Assembly (NCBI GenBank): GCA_012026655.1
Contig: JAAILG010000358.1
Span: forward strand, 1-64,000
Reading direction: 5' to 3'
Origin: Hydrolagus affinis
Taxonomy: Eukaryota
Length of the DNA: 64,000 nucleotides
Shown: positions 24,891-39,570 of the stretch, piece by piece
Numbering within the stretch: position 1 is the stretch's first letter
How the letters are laid out: every line of letters begins with the position of its first letter
Notes under the pieces: generated by a model
Database searches by the model: none
The model's input: the letters and a program-made list of their open reading frames with translations, nothing else
What the model was told of the DNA's origin: nothing
Program-made: the position numbers and the translations under genes

Positions 24891-25938
24891 CCTGTTTGGA
24901 ACTCAAAATTCTTTTTTAAAAATACATACCGACTACGAGAAATTGAAAGCCCAAATATGTTTTTTTTCCCATTCATGAAACAGGCTAACACACTCAGGTC
25001 TGCAGCACTCAGGAGCTACAGTAACAATCAGGCTTGCTTGCGGAAATAAAAATCATATTTCACAAGGGGATATTGAGCATCCCCTTCCCGATTTATTTAC
25101 TTGAATATGATTTTCCTTCAGTAAACACAGCTGCTTGCTCTCTCCAGCAGTTAGTTACCAGTGATACTTCTTGGACTGAAATGGAGGAGGGAGGAAGGGT
25201 AGAAACAAACACCTGGTCCCCAGTCATTCCTTTTGCATAGCACCACTGCACAACTCAGTACTGTAATAGGAGCTCCATTATTAACAGCCTGTTTACATTG
25301 AACGTAGTTCAACCTTTGTGAAATGCTGAACCAGTTTGCCAAGAAATATTGCGCTTGGATCAGCAGGCGTTTTGAAGCACATGAGAAACTTGCTTGGTAG
25401 GAGCACTGGGTTAAGCTATGGACCTTTAAAGTCAGTTGTTTTTTTATGAAGCCCAACATCGCTGTCCAAAGAAACCCCAAATTCTCTAGCATTTAAAATT
25501 TTTCCAGTTTCTAGGTATGTGTGGCTTTTTCAGATCTGCCGATTGAGGTACCACCAAGCGCTCTGGGACGCTACTCTGCCTGAGCGCCACTACATGAATA
25601 CAAGTTGTTGTTGAGGTACCATATGTATGCTCACAGATGACCTCAGCGCAGTGCTGAATGCACGTAACACGATTCCAATGTCTCCTAGTTACAGTACTTA
25701 GTGACAGAATCATTTGCTACTGTTGCTTACAATCCAAGAGCATCAGAAAGGGGCGGTTTGGAGTCAGGCCGTTAAAAACTTGATGATTACCTTTAGCAGC
25801 GGGTTAAAAAAATCGACAAGAGACCACAAAATCAGAGATAGATTAAAAAACATTTTTTAACCAAATTTACCCAGGCTTTGTTTTGAGTCAATGAGCAGAT
25901 TCTTACTGTGTTGCTTTTCTCTCACTTTTTGCATAGTC

Positions 25939-26037
25939 ATAATAATCCTTGCATTTGATATAGCGCCTTATCACATCATTAAGATGTCTCAAAGTGATTC
26001 ACAGAATATACTGTAATGTGAATTGACTATATTTTTT
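25939..26037 (-). mobile_element. Family A SINE tail
   Basis: ATAATAATCCTTGCATTTGATATAGCGCC...GTGAATTGACT. Confidence 0.85.
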
Positions 26038-29000
26038 GGATGGACGTTATGTGTTATTTTTTCCCGACTGAACCAGACCTTTCGAATGATACACATACTA
26101 TCAGGGATGGGGCTGCCTCTTATGGATTTATTTGCCTACTTTGACCCTGGTAAACACAAGGAAATTTGACTCCTAGGTGAAGGGCAATGAAACTACTGGG
26201 GAATAGTTTATACTTGGGGACTGGAAATGATTTCCTGTGTTGCAATTCTCTGTTTCAATCAAGGGATCGAACATAAACCTAAATGGTCATGTTTTTAATC
26301 TGTGTTTTAAGTGCATGACTATCCACCGAGTTGCTTTTCCCCCTCCCCCCATTTTTATGGCTCATTGTGTTGTGTAATCTTAGTCCAGGACCTGACACAT
26401 TTTTGGAGTATTTGGGACGAGGAAGGGGATGTGGGGAACAGTGGGGGCGCGGGGGGTGGGAGAGAATCAGAATTTAACAAACAAAACATGTCAGAAAGCT
26501 GAGAAAATAAGCTTTCTGTAAACTGCCTAAATTCTGTTGATTTCCTTCCCCCTTTCCCCTCCCCTTTCCTTGCAGGAACAGCAAATTATATTCCCCATCT
26601 TCCTGGCCTCAAGCCAAGTTCCCGCACAGAACACTCACAACGTAAGCGATGCGAAAACAATTTTTTTTCTCTCTCTGGCACCCAAATTCCACTGTTGATT
26701 CAATTATGTACTCACTTCATCTTTCTCGCTATTGTAACCCTCACATATACGCCCTTCCCTTTTGTCTGAATCAGCACACACTCAATCCCTCCTCCACTGA
26801 GCACACAATCAGACCTCCCGACAGTCTGCAAGTGCAGCAAAAGCATTTGCCTTGCTACAAACTGCCGATGCACACACACACACACTGCAGATGATGGTAC
26901 AAGCACAACTGCCTGTAGCGGCTCTTGTCTTGTTTAATGAGTGACATTACCTACGTGCAGCACTGGCGGAACTTAGAGAAGGTTGTGCCTACAAACAAAA
27001 ATATGGGATGTCACCAAACTGCTACGAGTGAATATTAGATGAATGAAAACAGGCAAGAATGAGTGTCCTCTAAGTCTGGGATTCAAACGTGCAACGCTGT
27101 ACCTCAAGTGTAAATGTAATACTGTAAGAACAACCAGGCCAGCCAATAAAATCAGCAAAGAAGGAGAGGTCCCATTACAGGGAACTGTGATTTATCAAAA
27201 ATAATGCTCTGATAACCTATTAAACTCAAGCTATTGCTGCTGAAAGGGTGAGCTCAAGCGTATTAGTGCAGTTATTCACCAACGACACACGTTGTTTGTT
27301 TTCATTCAACCACCAGGCCTGATTAGTATTCTGTATAATTCATGCAATAAAATAATTGCTTTTGCAAGTTTGAATATCATTTGGGTTTACCAGTCTGTCA
27401 TCTTTGCTTCGTGTGGATATTAAGCGCACTAAGATGCCGTCCAGCGTGGAGGGCGCTATATAAATCGAAGTTGTTGTTGTGGTGGTGGTGTTTAAATACA
27501 GAGTGCTACCTGCGGTGATGTTATGAACTTTGGACAAGAGTGACATGATTTAAAAAATTTAAATGGAGATTTTCCCACTGCATTACTCAAGCATTTTTAA
27601 AACAACGACAAAATTACATTTGTACAGCAGAGCGCTGTTCACGTCGTCCCATTTTGTGGTCAACCGTGGGAAAAGTAAATGCAGCAAATGTGCATAATAA
27701 TAATAATCCTTGCATGGATCCGACCCTCAAGGGAAAAGTGTTAGCTAATTGGAAGAGGCCCCTGTATTTAAAATTGGTACATAATGTTATCAAAGTTTAT
27801 CAACACTACATCAACAGCAGAGCAATTTTTTTTCTCTGAAGCAAAGAGCAAATCATCAGAGGGTTAAATGCAACATTAATTCCCAAACACAGAGTGTTCA
27901 CAAAGTCCTGTTATCCACAACTGTGTTTCTTCTTACAATTAATTTTTATTTTCTGCTGCAGATGTCAAGTGTAACAATGTCTGCTACATGGTGACAGATC
28001 ATTATTTGCCATCACACCGATCCTCTGGATTTCTAAATACAGTTAAACACTAGAACTGAATACAGTTAAATCCTTCTAAATACAATTCTCAGCATTCTTT
28101 CACATGTTTTGTTGTTCGTCAGTGCACTGTATGAAAAAAAACACGAGAGTAACAGGATTTTGTGAACGCCATATAGAATTTTGAGCTCCAATATTTATAT
28201 TATATGTAAATATTAATATTTACCATTTAAATATATTTAAGGGATTTCTGAATTGCTTGCAATGGAAACAAACGTTAGGTGAGAAACAGCGTAGCAAAGA
28301 TACGAATAAACTGAAATAAAACAAGTTTGCTGTGCATAAAGCTGAATTACGATTCTGCAACAGTTACAAACCTAAGCCCCAATTGATGACAAACCTCCAA
28401 TGTAAGAGAAAGGCAATCAACGAGCAATCATACAATCCGAAATTCAAGGTATTCAGCCGCAGTAAAGTGAGAGTCTCAACCAGGAATAAGGAGAAACCTA
28501 AGAGGCCTAGGGTTGCTTAGAATCAGTGCATCAAGTCCATGAAATTTTCACTAGAAAAAGCCCTTAGGCATAATAATTGGTGCTTCAAAAGATCAGTGTG
28601 AATCAGTGGGTGCACTATTTTGTGCTTGATAAACTGTGTGCGAATGAAAATCACTGGAAAATGGTCAAACAATAATTCGGAGGAAAGGAGATAGTATATT
28701 AACCGAGCTCTGTTAGATACACACTGAGGTAGGGGGAAGAATAAAGAGGAGCGCTTCAGAGGACATTTTGTTTTTCGATTCCTCTCAATGCTTCCTTTTG
28801 TGGAAAAGCATTAAAAGCTGAGACCAGGAATCATTCTAAATAAACGCATCTCACTGCTGTGGTTCACCTTTTCTTTGTTCTCAAAATCCCCTCTCCACTA
28901 TCTCACTGTGAATCGGCGCTGGGGAGGGGAAAGGGTAAAAAAAAATGACTGAAAATCTTTTATTGCTTGAATACAGTACTCTGAATCATTGGCTGTAGCT

Positions 29001-32000
29001 GCATTCAACGACGCTCAACTTTGAAAAAAAAGGATTTTCAGACGCGAGGAAGGCTGAAGTAATTTGCTCTGCAAGAGTCTGTCTTCCACTGCAGCAGCTC
29101 CAGGGAGTCAAATCACACTCTCCCAGATTAGATTCCACAGCTGGCATATGATACAGCAGAAATGTGCTGGCATTTTTAGCCCCTGCTCTATCATACATCC
29201 AGATCAGGGGGAGGAAATCAACACCGTGATCATCATTTACCGCCACAGAAATGCTTATGGGGTGTGTGGGGGGTGGGGGACGGTGTAGAGGGGATGCTTG
29301 TCAACCAACCTACAGAATATTGAACAAAGATAAAAAAAAATTAGGAATACACAAAACAGTACATTGTGTGAAGCTCTTTGAGATGTGAAGTGATACAGCG
29401 TTGTATCAAATGCAAGAATTATTATTATTTGAGCAACAATATTCAACAGAAAATGTTGTTAATCATAATGTTAAACTCTACTGCTACTGACTGCAGATAT
29501 TTGCATGAAGTCATTCAATCATTGCACCTATTTACCCCTGACCCAATCATCAACACTGTGCAATGTATGTACAGTACTATATTCTGCTCCTACACAGACT
29601 GCATTGCTCCATTTCAAAGTGTTGTGTTATTACAAGAACCTTCCACCCACCTTCTCTTCCCCCACTCCACACCCACCCCCCCACCCCCCCAACAATGCAA
29701 CAGTATTCCTTTCTGCCAACCGACAACCCCATTAGCAAATGCCATACTTGATATACTGTATTTAGCTTGTGTCAAGAGACGCAAAATAGCAGGCGAGGGT
29801 CAGCCATTAAATCTGTGTGCCAATTCCACAAAGCCATTTTTGAAATCCAACCGTCGGCCATCCTGTGGCCAAACCTTCACTGCATTATTCTGCCGAATAA
29901 TCCATTTCTCAGACTGTGTGGTATTCTGCGCACATGCCATGGTAATAAAAGCCCACTTAAATGAGAGGCACAGCAGCTGCCAGAATATAGAGCGGCTAAA
30001 ATTAAAGGCACAGCAGAATTAGCCTTTGCGGCACGACAGTCAGAAAGGAGCAGCTATTACGCTTCTCTTCTGTCACTGTTCCGAAGCATCAATTATCCAA
30101 AGAAATATAATTTGTGAATAATACTTTCAACCAGATTAAGTGTTCTCTTTTAAAATACCTCAACTTGGGGGCATACTTTGAAACCAAATGGGAAGCCTTT
30201 TCAGCTTTGTTGATGCAAATTCAAATGACCAAAGCCCACAGGGCTCTGAAACGGGTTGTCATTCATGGCTCTGTGCTGTGATTTTTAAAAACAAACTCAC
30301 AAGTGATTTTTTTTTCTAGAAAAAATAATACAGTATCTTGTGTTGGGCGAAGGATAACCAGTGGATTTAAAATCTCTGCAGGCATTCACTTTTTCCTGCC
30401 TTTCTAAAAAGCCTCTGTAATTCCTTGTATTTATTGTCGATATTTGTTGTCAATGTTGCTGGGTGCAAAAGACAAAGCTCTACAGAATACCTTATGTTGG
30501 ATGTTTACAACATTTACATAGCATCCTTCATGTGGAATCACATTTCCGTGCTCTTTACAGTGACAACAACAACTTGTATTTATATAGCACCTCTTCATGT
30601 AGCATAGCGTTCCAGAGTGACGGAGACTGATTAGCACAGTCGAAAAGGTAGGTTTAAGGTAAGACTTAAAGATTGTTAGGGGTTGGGCTGGTGGGAGGGG
30701 TAGATGAATGAGTTCCAGAGGTAGGCAGTCTAAAAAATACTGCTCACGGAACGGTCAGGAACAAATATAACACCTGAAAATGGTAACTCATTTACCAGCT
30801 GCAGTAGGATTTCCAAACTACTGTATTCACTGTACCAACTTCCTTTTATTTGTTCAGGCCATAAACAGCTTGCATATGCTTCAGAGGATTTATTCAGCAA
30901 TTATGTTATCATAAATGAACTACGCTCCTAAAATAAAGCAGTTCAGAAACCTGTGCATATGTAAGTGCTGCTCAGAGTGATTGTCTTTAATACTCTAATA
31001 GGTTACTACTGTCTGACCCTTCATTTTTCCAACCCCAATATTTAAATTAGCACACAATAGGTGTACACCTCCCTCAGTCACAGAAGAGTAAGTACCCTGA
31101 ATATCAGTGATATAATGGATTTTCCAGCAAAATGCAGTCACTGTTCTTTATAATGTATCCTGTGAAGCGCACTCTTCTGACGCAAAATACTCAGCCAAAC
31201 AAGGATCATTAATGGTAATTTTAATCGGAATAGCCCCTGGGAACAAATTCTCCCGACTAGAGTTGTCGCAAACACTTTTGTAGATTACTGTACAATGCAG
31301 AGATTGCAAGGAGCCATTCATTGCTTCACCAGAGAGAGAGAGAGAGAGACAGAGGGAGAGAATTGCATGACAGTACAGGATTGTTTCTGGGGCTTACAGC
31401 AGCACAGGCGTGTAACATGTACCGACTACAACTGTTTGTGCAGGAACGCCCCGCTGGGACTGCAAGCTGCATCACATGACTGTCTGGTCCAGTAATCAGT
31501 CAACCATAGTTAATTCCATCTGTGTCCACATGCCTCCACATTCCTTTGGCTGTCTCCGAGCGTATTCAATCACGCAGAAAGTCATGCTTTCAGCGTGGAA
31601 AACATGCACAACTGAGTTAAACATCCATCCTTTTTTTAAAACAAATTACTGATCTACTATAATTACTATAAATCTTGTGCGATCAGAAAACCCGGTAACG
31701 AAAAAAGCAGCAAACATTACAAATATGTTTAAACAAGTTTTGTTTTGTGTGTGCGTTGGGGGTGGGGTAATGCATGCATTATTATTGGTGGTATGTGTCA
31801 GAGTAACTGAGAGCAGGAAAGACTGCAACTGTATATAGCCTGTGCAAGGAGCGGGAAAGACTGCATTACATTTGTTCCACATCTGCCCCTTGCCTTTGGA
31901 TCTGTGAATTCGCTGCACACCCACCTATCAGACAAACATACGTTTTAAGTATAATTTTTAAACTTTTCATTGAACTGAAAAAGTAAACCATGCTCGATTT

Positions 32001-34064
32001 TAACTGCTGTGTGAAATACCAGGCCAGCAGACTCTTAACCCTCTTGTTAAAAACGCTTTACTTTTGTGCTTTTGCCACAAAGCTCCAGATGGGAACCTAA
32101 ATCAAACCAGACATGGAAAGGGTTCGATTTTCAGCCAGTTTCAGTTCAGCTCAACTTAAGTTATGATTTAAGCAAGCACAAACTTTAAAAAAAAATGAAA
32201 AAAAACAGTACTGGGAGGATCTTTTCAGGAAAAATCCTAGACACTTTTTTTCTTTGAATGACCGAGTCTCTTGTTCCACACTGTAACCTGACTCCCCACG
32301 CAGAGTCTGCTCAGGATCCTCCAGTTTATGTGACAGCGAATGCTGTTAAGAGAACTGGAGGACGGGTAGTGAGTGAGTACCCATTACAGACACACTCGCT
32401 TGTACCTAGAAATTCCACCAACAGATCAAAAACTTTACCGACCTGATGTGGGCTGTATAATTAGGGCAGGGATACACCACCTTACGGAGTGTGCCAAAGG
32501 CAGTAACTAAACGAGACACACAGATGGAAGTAGTTAGCAGCACCAGAAATAAACTGGCCTGCTCCCAGTATTTCCTTGTTCTTAAATTCTCCATGATGCA
32601 GCGATGAGAGTAGATCATGCAAAATAAAACGTCTAAACTTAAGTCAGGGCAGTCATACCATTGCATAGCTGTGCAACAGTACTTTTACACCACATGCACA
32701 CGATTATGCAAAACTAGTGTTTTATGTTTGATGAATTACACTTGCCTTAAACCAATAATAATGAAATGCAAGTCGAGGACCAACAACAACAACAAAATTA
32801 ATTTGTATAGTGCCTTTCATGTCGGGCGCTGAACTCAAAGCGCTGATCAGTTGGGTTACGGAACTAACACGCCATGTAGCACTGGTAGCTTAACTCATGT
32901 ACCCCTAAAATACATTTTAGTTACACAACTTAAGATTGTCAGTTTATCACTTAAAAAAATTCCAGTTGAAATTACCATTATTCCCTTTCTCCATTCCTCC
33001 CCCAAGGTAAAAAAAAATTGTTTGTGGGATACTGTTGGCTGCCGCGTTTCACCTATAAAATATACAATTCACTTTACAGTATATTCCGTGATGCCCTTTT
33101 TGAGATATCAAGTCAAGGTTGAGACAAGGTTTACCATAGATTTAAACAGAGGCTTCAGAGTGTTATCATAGCATATTAAGGAAAGCTGAGTGCAAATGAG
33201 TGAATGTGTTTTTTTTAAACTATTTATGCTTTTACGAAATGGTTAAATTCATATGGCATTTAAGGTACGTCTTTTTAAAAAAAAATTAAAGCACTTTCTA
33301 TAGTAAATACAACTTCAATGTAGACATTAATTAATGGTCTGCATCAAAACAAGTTCAAAAAAGAACTTGTTGATTGTATTTGTTGGATATGTGGGCAAAA
33401 ACAAATTCCTTGTTTAAGCCCTCATATCCAGCACCCATTTTGTTAGATGCTAGATTTTAATCAAACAGTTCAGTGACGTGCCAGTGAGTGGTGGAAAGAA
33501 AGCCGTGAGCTCACAAATCCACACATAATGAATGAACTTTGATCTCTGTTGCTTTACCAAGAGGAGGAACCCAGCTGACACCAGGTCATTATCCATTGGC
33601 AGACTGGGAGAGCGGATTGGCTGACTTACAGAACCACATTGGTGGGAGGGCAGGAAGCAGCTTGCTTTGCCCTGACTATAAGGTTTGAGGCCCGAAATTC
33701 CACTTAAGTCTTAGCTCACAGGACCATTCATTTTAGCCTAAAATGTAAGACTGTGCAGAACTGAGGAAAATGCTTGAGTTCTGTCTTAATTTGGAAGGCT
33801 CTTTCCCACAGTTCTTAAAAAAGAACAGATGTCAAATTAAGACCCAATTTCAGACTTTGGCTGAAATTGGCTGTCATGTTTCCTTATAAATATTGTCATG
33901 TTTCCTTATAAATATACAGTGCCTACCACTCATCAATAACTCCTGTGAAGCACTTTTGAAATGTGATTAGGAGCTAAATTAAATGCAAGTGTTATTAATA
34001 AATTTAACCAACAAGGTCTTAAAACATTGCTTGATGGACTTTGTAAGTAATTTAACCATTGAAA

Positions 34065-34069
<5 letters not shown>

Positions 34070-34096
<27 letters not shown>
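34070..34096. repeat. (CA)n microsatellite
   Basis: About 13 CA units. Shorter (CA)n near 11299 and 23649, (CT)n near 11940, (AG)n near 31331. Confidence 0.95.
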
Positions 34097-34669
34097 GTGA
34101 AAATCACATTCATGACTTCAATGCTAATTGACCAAGATCGCTTGCATCTGTACACATGGCAGAGCCAGCAGACCTCAAGAACGTCAACACAAAGACCCAC
34201 CGTGCGCACTGCTTTTCAATGAACCAGCTTCAATCACAGCAATTCAGAACACTTGCTTATCAGTTAATAAGATGAGCTCTCTGGCTGTGCTGACCAACCA
34301 AGAGCTGACAGTTCCCATAGCGACAGGTTCAGACAGAAATACCCAGGTTCTGCTCAGGTTGGTCGCAGACTCCATGTTGCATTTTGGGAGTTGGGAGCCT
34401 AATTATAGACTTCCGTTTACAACTGAATTCACTCCCTCCATATATAGTACACGTCACTGCAGTGTAAAGACATTGTGTTGTTATTAAAATTCCCAAATAC
34501 AAATTTAAGCTGGATTGTTTAATTTTTCCCATATTGTCTCTGCCTCTCCGACCTTTCGGGAAAACAATGATTTATATTAGGAGGCAGTTCCAATGGTGTC
34601 TGGGGCTCTACTGTACAACGTGAAGTAACTTAAAGTTTGAGTGCACGTAAGCCTTGACATACATCACAA

Positions 34670-34890
34670 CCCACGTCTGACCCTGTCCTCGCTCAATATC
34701 ATGCACGTCCACTTTTAACTAGGGTTGGCAATCAGGACTGGGAACTCCATCTAGTTTATTTTAAAACACTTCCTAAACTGGAATTCTTGAGGCCAATTGT
34801 AGCTTCCTTGCTGCTACTCTTGCTGAGATCAGCTAATTCAGCAAAGACGACTCAATGAACCGGAGACCTTTCTGCACTGTGCCACACCAC
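34670..34890 (-). mobile_element. Family C SINE
   Basis: ATCAGGACTGGGAACTCC...TGAGGCCAATTGTAGC...GCTGAGATCAGCTAATTCAGCA. Confidence 0.6.
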
Positions 34891-35159
34891 ATGACAGATT
34901 TTAATTTTAAACAGTTGAAAGAAAAGCAGTATTGCTGTAGTAAAATGTTATCTTTTTGAGGTTTCTTGGCACCACAACTTGACTCTCCTCAATCTACGCC
35001 TAATAAACAGGGTGCAGGGTTCACCCCCCGGGAGAGTGAGTGCACATTCCGGACAAAGGAATATATCTGTGCATAGGTGACATGCATGGAACTCTCCGTC
35101 TGGTTTGATATTCATAAGCATGTGGATCAGCAGACCAAAATATAGACCCAATTAAAATG

Positions 35160-35420
35160 CTAGATTCTTAGAAAGATTCTGAAATAAAATGAGTGAAGTT
35201 GTGAGGCAAAGGGGTTGTGGGAAAGAACTCCAGAGTATGAGGGTAAAGTGGCTGTATGTTCATTGTCAATGGTAGGGTGGAGGGAGCAGGAGACAGGCAG
35301 TGGGTGTGGGTTAGCGCACAGCATGGAGAGTAGAAATACACCAGGCAACAGAAGCTGGGGCGTGGAGTAGGGTGGAGGAGTTTTAAAGTTAGAATGTAAA
35401 TCTTAAAATTGATCTGTTGA
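35160..35420 (-). mobile_element. Degraded L2 ORF2 fragment
   Basis: GGAAAGAACTCCAGAGT...GGCTG...CAATGGTAGG is similar to 14300-14355. Confidence 0.5.
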
Positions 35421-36209
35421 AGAAAAGGCTAATTCAGCCCTAATTGACAGAATCACATCATCTCTGACAGCTGCTAAAGTGCTGAGCAAAACCCAATTGA
35501 TAGTGGGCAACCGACCGCAGGATAAACTGCTTGTGTTTGTGCTGTAGAGATCTTTACCCTACATCCAATCTCAGCTAAATTATACCTGACCTAGAGTGGG
35601 TTGATGCTGACAGAATGTAGGAAGCAATAACAAATGGTACATTAGCCAGCACTAATATAATCTGACTCAATGAACACACAATGCATTAATAGAAAAATAA
35701 GCATGTGCAGTTCGTTGCATGCGCATCGCACTGACTTTGCATTGAGTTGCTGGATATTGGTTTATACCCACAAAATAGAAAAGTGCCTGAAAGCACCACC
35801 TGGATAATGGAATTCTTTGCTCACCAGAAGCTTGTTTTCATTAAATATCCTTAATCTTCTGCTGCATTTCTGCTCCAAAATAGCAGAGTTGATAAATGCC
35901 ATGGGGTTTTGACTTGTAGTTAAGCGCTGGTTTAGATCTGAAATGTCAGACGAGTCTGGTAATATTGTTCTACACTTGAAAACTTTCTTAAGCGGCACTT
36001 GAAATTCTGTACATCCCAATTTTCAGTACACTGATAATGCAATCTTTTATATATGGATTATTTTTGACCATGCTTTTAGTCACCTTTACCCACTCCTACC
36101 TTAGCTTCCCCCTAACTCCACTCAGGCTGTCAGTCAACGTTGTGACTTTGCGATATTTGCTCCCTATGAAGGCACTATATAAGTGTAAAAAAATCAATGT
36201 TGTCAACCT

Positions 36210-36440
36210 GCTCAGTCGGTAGCACTCTAGCATTGGGGTCCGAAGGTTGTGGGTTCAAGTTGCACGACGGGAGCTTTGAGCTAGTAGCCTAGGCTGCCAC
36301 TGCAGTGAAGGGTAGGAGGAGAACTGAATTGTCAGTGGTGTGCTCCTTTGGATGAACCATCTAATCAAGTCGCTTTTGCCTCTTGATGTGGATGTAAAGA
36401 ACCCATGGCACTATATAAAATGAGAAGGGTACTTCTTCCA
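36210..36440 (+). mobile_element. SacSINE1/AmnSINE-like SINE 5' half (family B)
   Basis: GCTCAGTCGGTAGCACTCT...GAAGGTTGTGGGTTCAAGT...GTGGATGTAAAGAACCCATGGCACTAT. Confidence 0.8.
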
Positions 36441-37459
36441 GATTATTATTAATGAAAAGGCTGATTTAAAGATTATCACTCATGAAGAAAGTTTTTGCTC
36501 TGCAAATCTGGTTTTGATATTATTTTGCAAAGGCTACATAGCAGAAAAGCTTGATGGCACCTAACCTATCTTGCTTTCTCTGCTAAGCCATTTCTAGATA
36601 TTGGTGCTGTACTCGGTTACAGACTTGAATATTCACTTAAGTTCTCAACAAAACAAAATTTATATGTTCAGAAACCCGTAAAGAGCATTGAGCGATTTAC
36701 AGAGACGTAAAAATCCTCCAATGTTTTAAATGCCACCCACTGTAATAAAGTCTTTTATTTTAACACACTTCCTCAGTAAAAAGTATCCAAATCTATATCA
36801 GGCATGTATATTGCGGTGATTAACTAGATCAGTTAAGTTGTGTCTTAAAGAGCAGATACAAGAGAATTTTATTTTACTACTTCTTTTAAATGAGAACTAT
36901 TGTGTGTTAAAAAGATAGTATTCCGGACAAAAATACAAATGAGGTTCATTCTTTATTTAATTATTATTATGTCATGTTTAAGATCACCTCCCCTTACCCC
37001 TCCTCCCCCACTCAGTTTTCTACTGTATCCTCACGAAGTGCTCCAAGAGGTTATTCCATATGAAGGGCACCAAATAAATGTAAGTTGTTGTTGATTAAAT
37101 AGAAAGAAAGTCATTGAATCTGGTGCAGGCTGATTCCATTCCAGAAATGTGGATCCAAGGTTATGGTTTTAAAATATAAAATGCAAATGCAAAAATTATT
37201 AAAATGAAAATCATGGCATTTAAAATCCAAATAGCACTCAAAATTGGTGTAAGTCACATTGAATGCATGTTCTTCTGACTTTCTGGAACAGTGTCCCTGC
37301 AGATTTAATGGATGCTGCCTTTTACAAATATCACAGCTGCCTTCCAAGGTAGCTGGAGTACCCCAATTCTGTTGCCTTGAATAAAATCTGATTAAATACA
37401 GCCACACTTTTTTTTTGCATTATCAATCCAGCTGACAAATACTTTACTACAATTTACAT

Positions 37460-37800
37460 GTCAGCTGGTAGCACTCTCACCTACCTCTAGGTCAGAAAGT
37501 TGAGTTCAAGCCCTGAGACAGTCGATAGTCTCCAGACTGACATTTCAGTGCAGTACTGGGAGAGTGCTGGTTTGCCATCTTTGAAATGAAATGTTACACC
37601 ACAATGCCTTCTGCTTATTCAAGTGGGCATTACAGATAATACAACAAAAATTTGGTGAGTTGTCCTGACCAACAACTCTCCAAATTATATTGGCTATTCA
37701 TTACAAAGCAACTTGTGGGACCTTGCTGCTGTGTTTGTTAAGAAAAAAGACAGCAAATTTGAGAATAATTGCTCATGAAGCACTTGGATAAGGCAATATA
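37460..37800 (+). mobile_element. Family B Deu-SINE, near full length, diverged
   Basis: GGTAGCACTCTCACC...GTCAGAA...CAGTGCAGTACTGGGAGAGTGCTG...TGTGGGACCTTGCTG. Confidence 0.75.
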
Positions 37801-38350
37801 AAAACCTTTCATCAGAGTAATAAAAAAAAGAACTATTGCAAAGGTTTACAGTGAAAATCTTCTTGTGATATTAAATCAAAAGATGCATATCTGGGCATAT
37901 TTTCCAAACCATCTAAAATGAACATTCAGTATAACCACATTTAAGGTTGTCCCAGCATATACATATTGCCTCCCCCTTCTAAAATATATCTTTTAACTTA
38001 CAGTGTGGGTGCTAATCAGTGGAAATAATTTCTACATTTCCATACCCAGAACATTGTGGCAGCAGGAACTACATTCCAATTATCATTATTATTATTATTA
38101 ATTCCTACAGATCCCTCAGTCCCAGAAAACTACTCACTTACCCCCCTCTAATATAACATTTTAATTTATCGATTTGTCAGAGCTGGTTTAAATCTGTAGC
38201 CATGTAACTCATATACAGTACCATCTTTTCACAAATACTGTGTATGTTTAACAAAAATCTTGTTGAGAATATTTGAAATTCTCTACGCTTAGCGAATGCA
38301 ATGATTGACTTCAAGGGCTGTGAAACATTAACATAATATCCAAATATTGT

Positions 38351-38652
38351 GGAGTCCTGCAATTCAGTGGTTGGAGCACTCACCTCACAAACGAGAGACC
38401 TGGTTTTGATTCCTGGCAGGGCAAAACCATGGGCAAATTTCCTTGCTCCACACACCAGATAACAATTTAAAACAATAATAAATTGGTCCCTTCAATCCAC
38501 AACTGTTTGTGGGACACTGCTGTATGCAAATGACTGATGCGTTTTGGCCATGAAGATACAGTCAATTCACTTTACAGTATATTCTGTGAAGTACTTTCAG
38601 ATGTCTAGAAGATGTGAGAAGTGCTATATCAAATGCAAGGATTATTATTATT
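38351..38652 (+). mobile_element. Family A SINE, full length
   Basis: GGAGTCCTGC head, Deu core and ATCAAATGCAAGGATTATTATTATT tail. Confidence 0.92.
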
Positions 38653-38959
38653 AATCCTCAGAATTTTTAACCTTTTTTGATTCATGTTTTACATTTATAT
38701 TTAGTAGACAATGAATCATGAAGCTCATTAGTTGAAATAGCTCTAGGGCAAATACATATACAGTAATAGGATATGCTTTTAGGATTGCATTGGGTACCTG
38801 AGTTTGCACTAAAATGAGTTTGTAGAGAATCCTCAGGGTTTCAGTCAGTCACTTCTACAGAGATGGGAGAATGTTCATGTAACTCAATGAAAAAAGTCCT
38901 CCACCTTCAAAATATAATTACAATGGTTCTTAAATACCAGCAACATGGCATAAACAGAA

Positions 38960-39570
38960 TGTTGCTAGGATGAATCATCTCTGGGTGATGGGAAGCCAAT
39001 GGAGTCGGGCAAGAATGGGAGAGATGGGGTCATGGAGCTTGGGAATGGTAGAGGACTCAAGCTGCAGAGTTCTGGATTATCTGCAGCCTATGGAGAGAGG
39101 AGTTGGGAAGGCCAACAAGCAAGTCATTGGTGTAGTCAAACCTGGATGTGATCAAGGCATGAATGAGGGTTTCAGTGGCCTGAGGGCTAAGGTAGTGGTC
39201 TAGTTGGCAATGGTGTGGAGGGGAGGGAAGTCAGAGCGGGTCATGGCTTGGATGTGAGGGTGGAAAGACAGTTGAGGATCGAACAAGACACCTAGGTTCT
39301 TGACTGGCTTGGTGAGGTGGCATGTATAACCATGGAGGTTGATGCTGCCAGTGCCTGATATGTGAAGGCTCTGGCGCGAGCCAATCAGGAGGACCTCAGT
39401 CTTGTTGAAATTCAACTGTAGAAAGGTAGCTCTCATCCAGGACTTGACATCTGACAGGCAGTCTGTCAGGACAGCAGTGGTCCTGAAGTCAAGGCAGAAA
39501 GATAGAGTTGGGTACCTCCGCATACATGCGGAAGTTGACCCAATGTCTGCGAATGATGGCGCTAAAATAT
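38960..39570 (-). mobile_element. L2-clade LINE ORF2 (reverse transcriptase) fragment, inactivated
   Basis: Frameshifted YADDTQLY motif at about 39500-39526, then CLSDVKSWM..FLQLNFNKTEVLLIG...VKNLGVLFDPQLSF; LHWLP near 39000. Confidence 0.92.

Noticed and set aside
25500-25880. CpG-containing segments resembling old DNA-transposon relics (also near 400-1200, 8500-8740, 35430-36010 and 55870-56700)
   Set aside because: I could not define convincing TIRs or TSDs by eye; left unannotated pending a repeat-library search.
28206-28223. Perfect 18-bp palindrome GTAAATATTAATATTTAC
   Set aside because: Lies in very AT-rich low-complexity sequence where such palindromes arise readily.
29378-30022. 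214-aa ORF
   Set aside because: Begins inside a SINE tail, crosses a C-rich low-complexity tract and shows no protein-like features or homology I can recognise.
33872-33915. 22-bp tandem duplication TGTCATGTTTCCTTATAAATAT, with similar short duplications near 12537 and 13265
   Set aside because: Local slippage duplications inside SINE or LINE relics; no spacer array, so not CRISPR-like.
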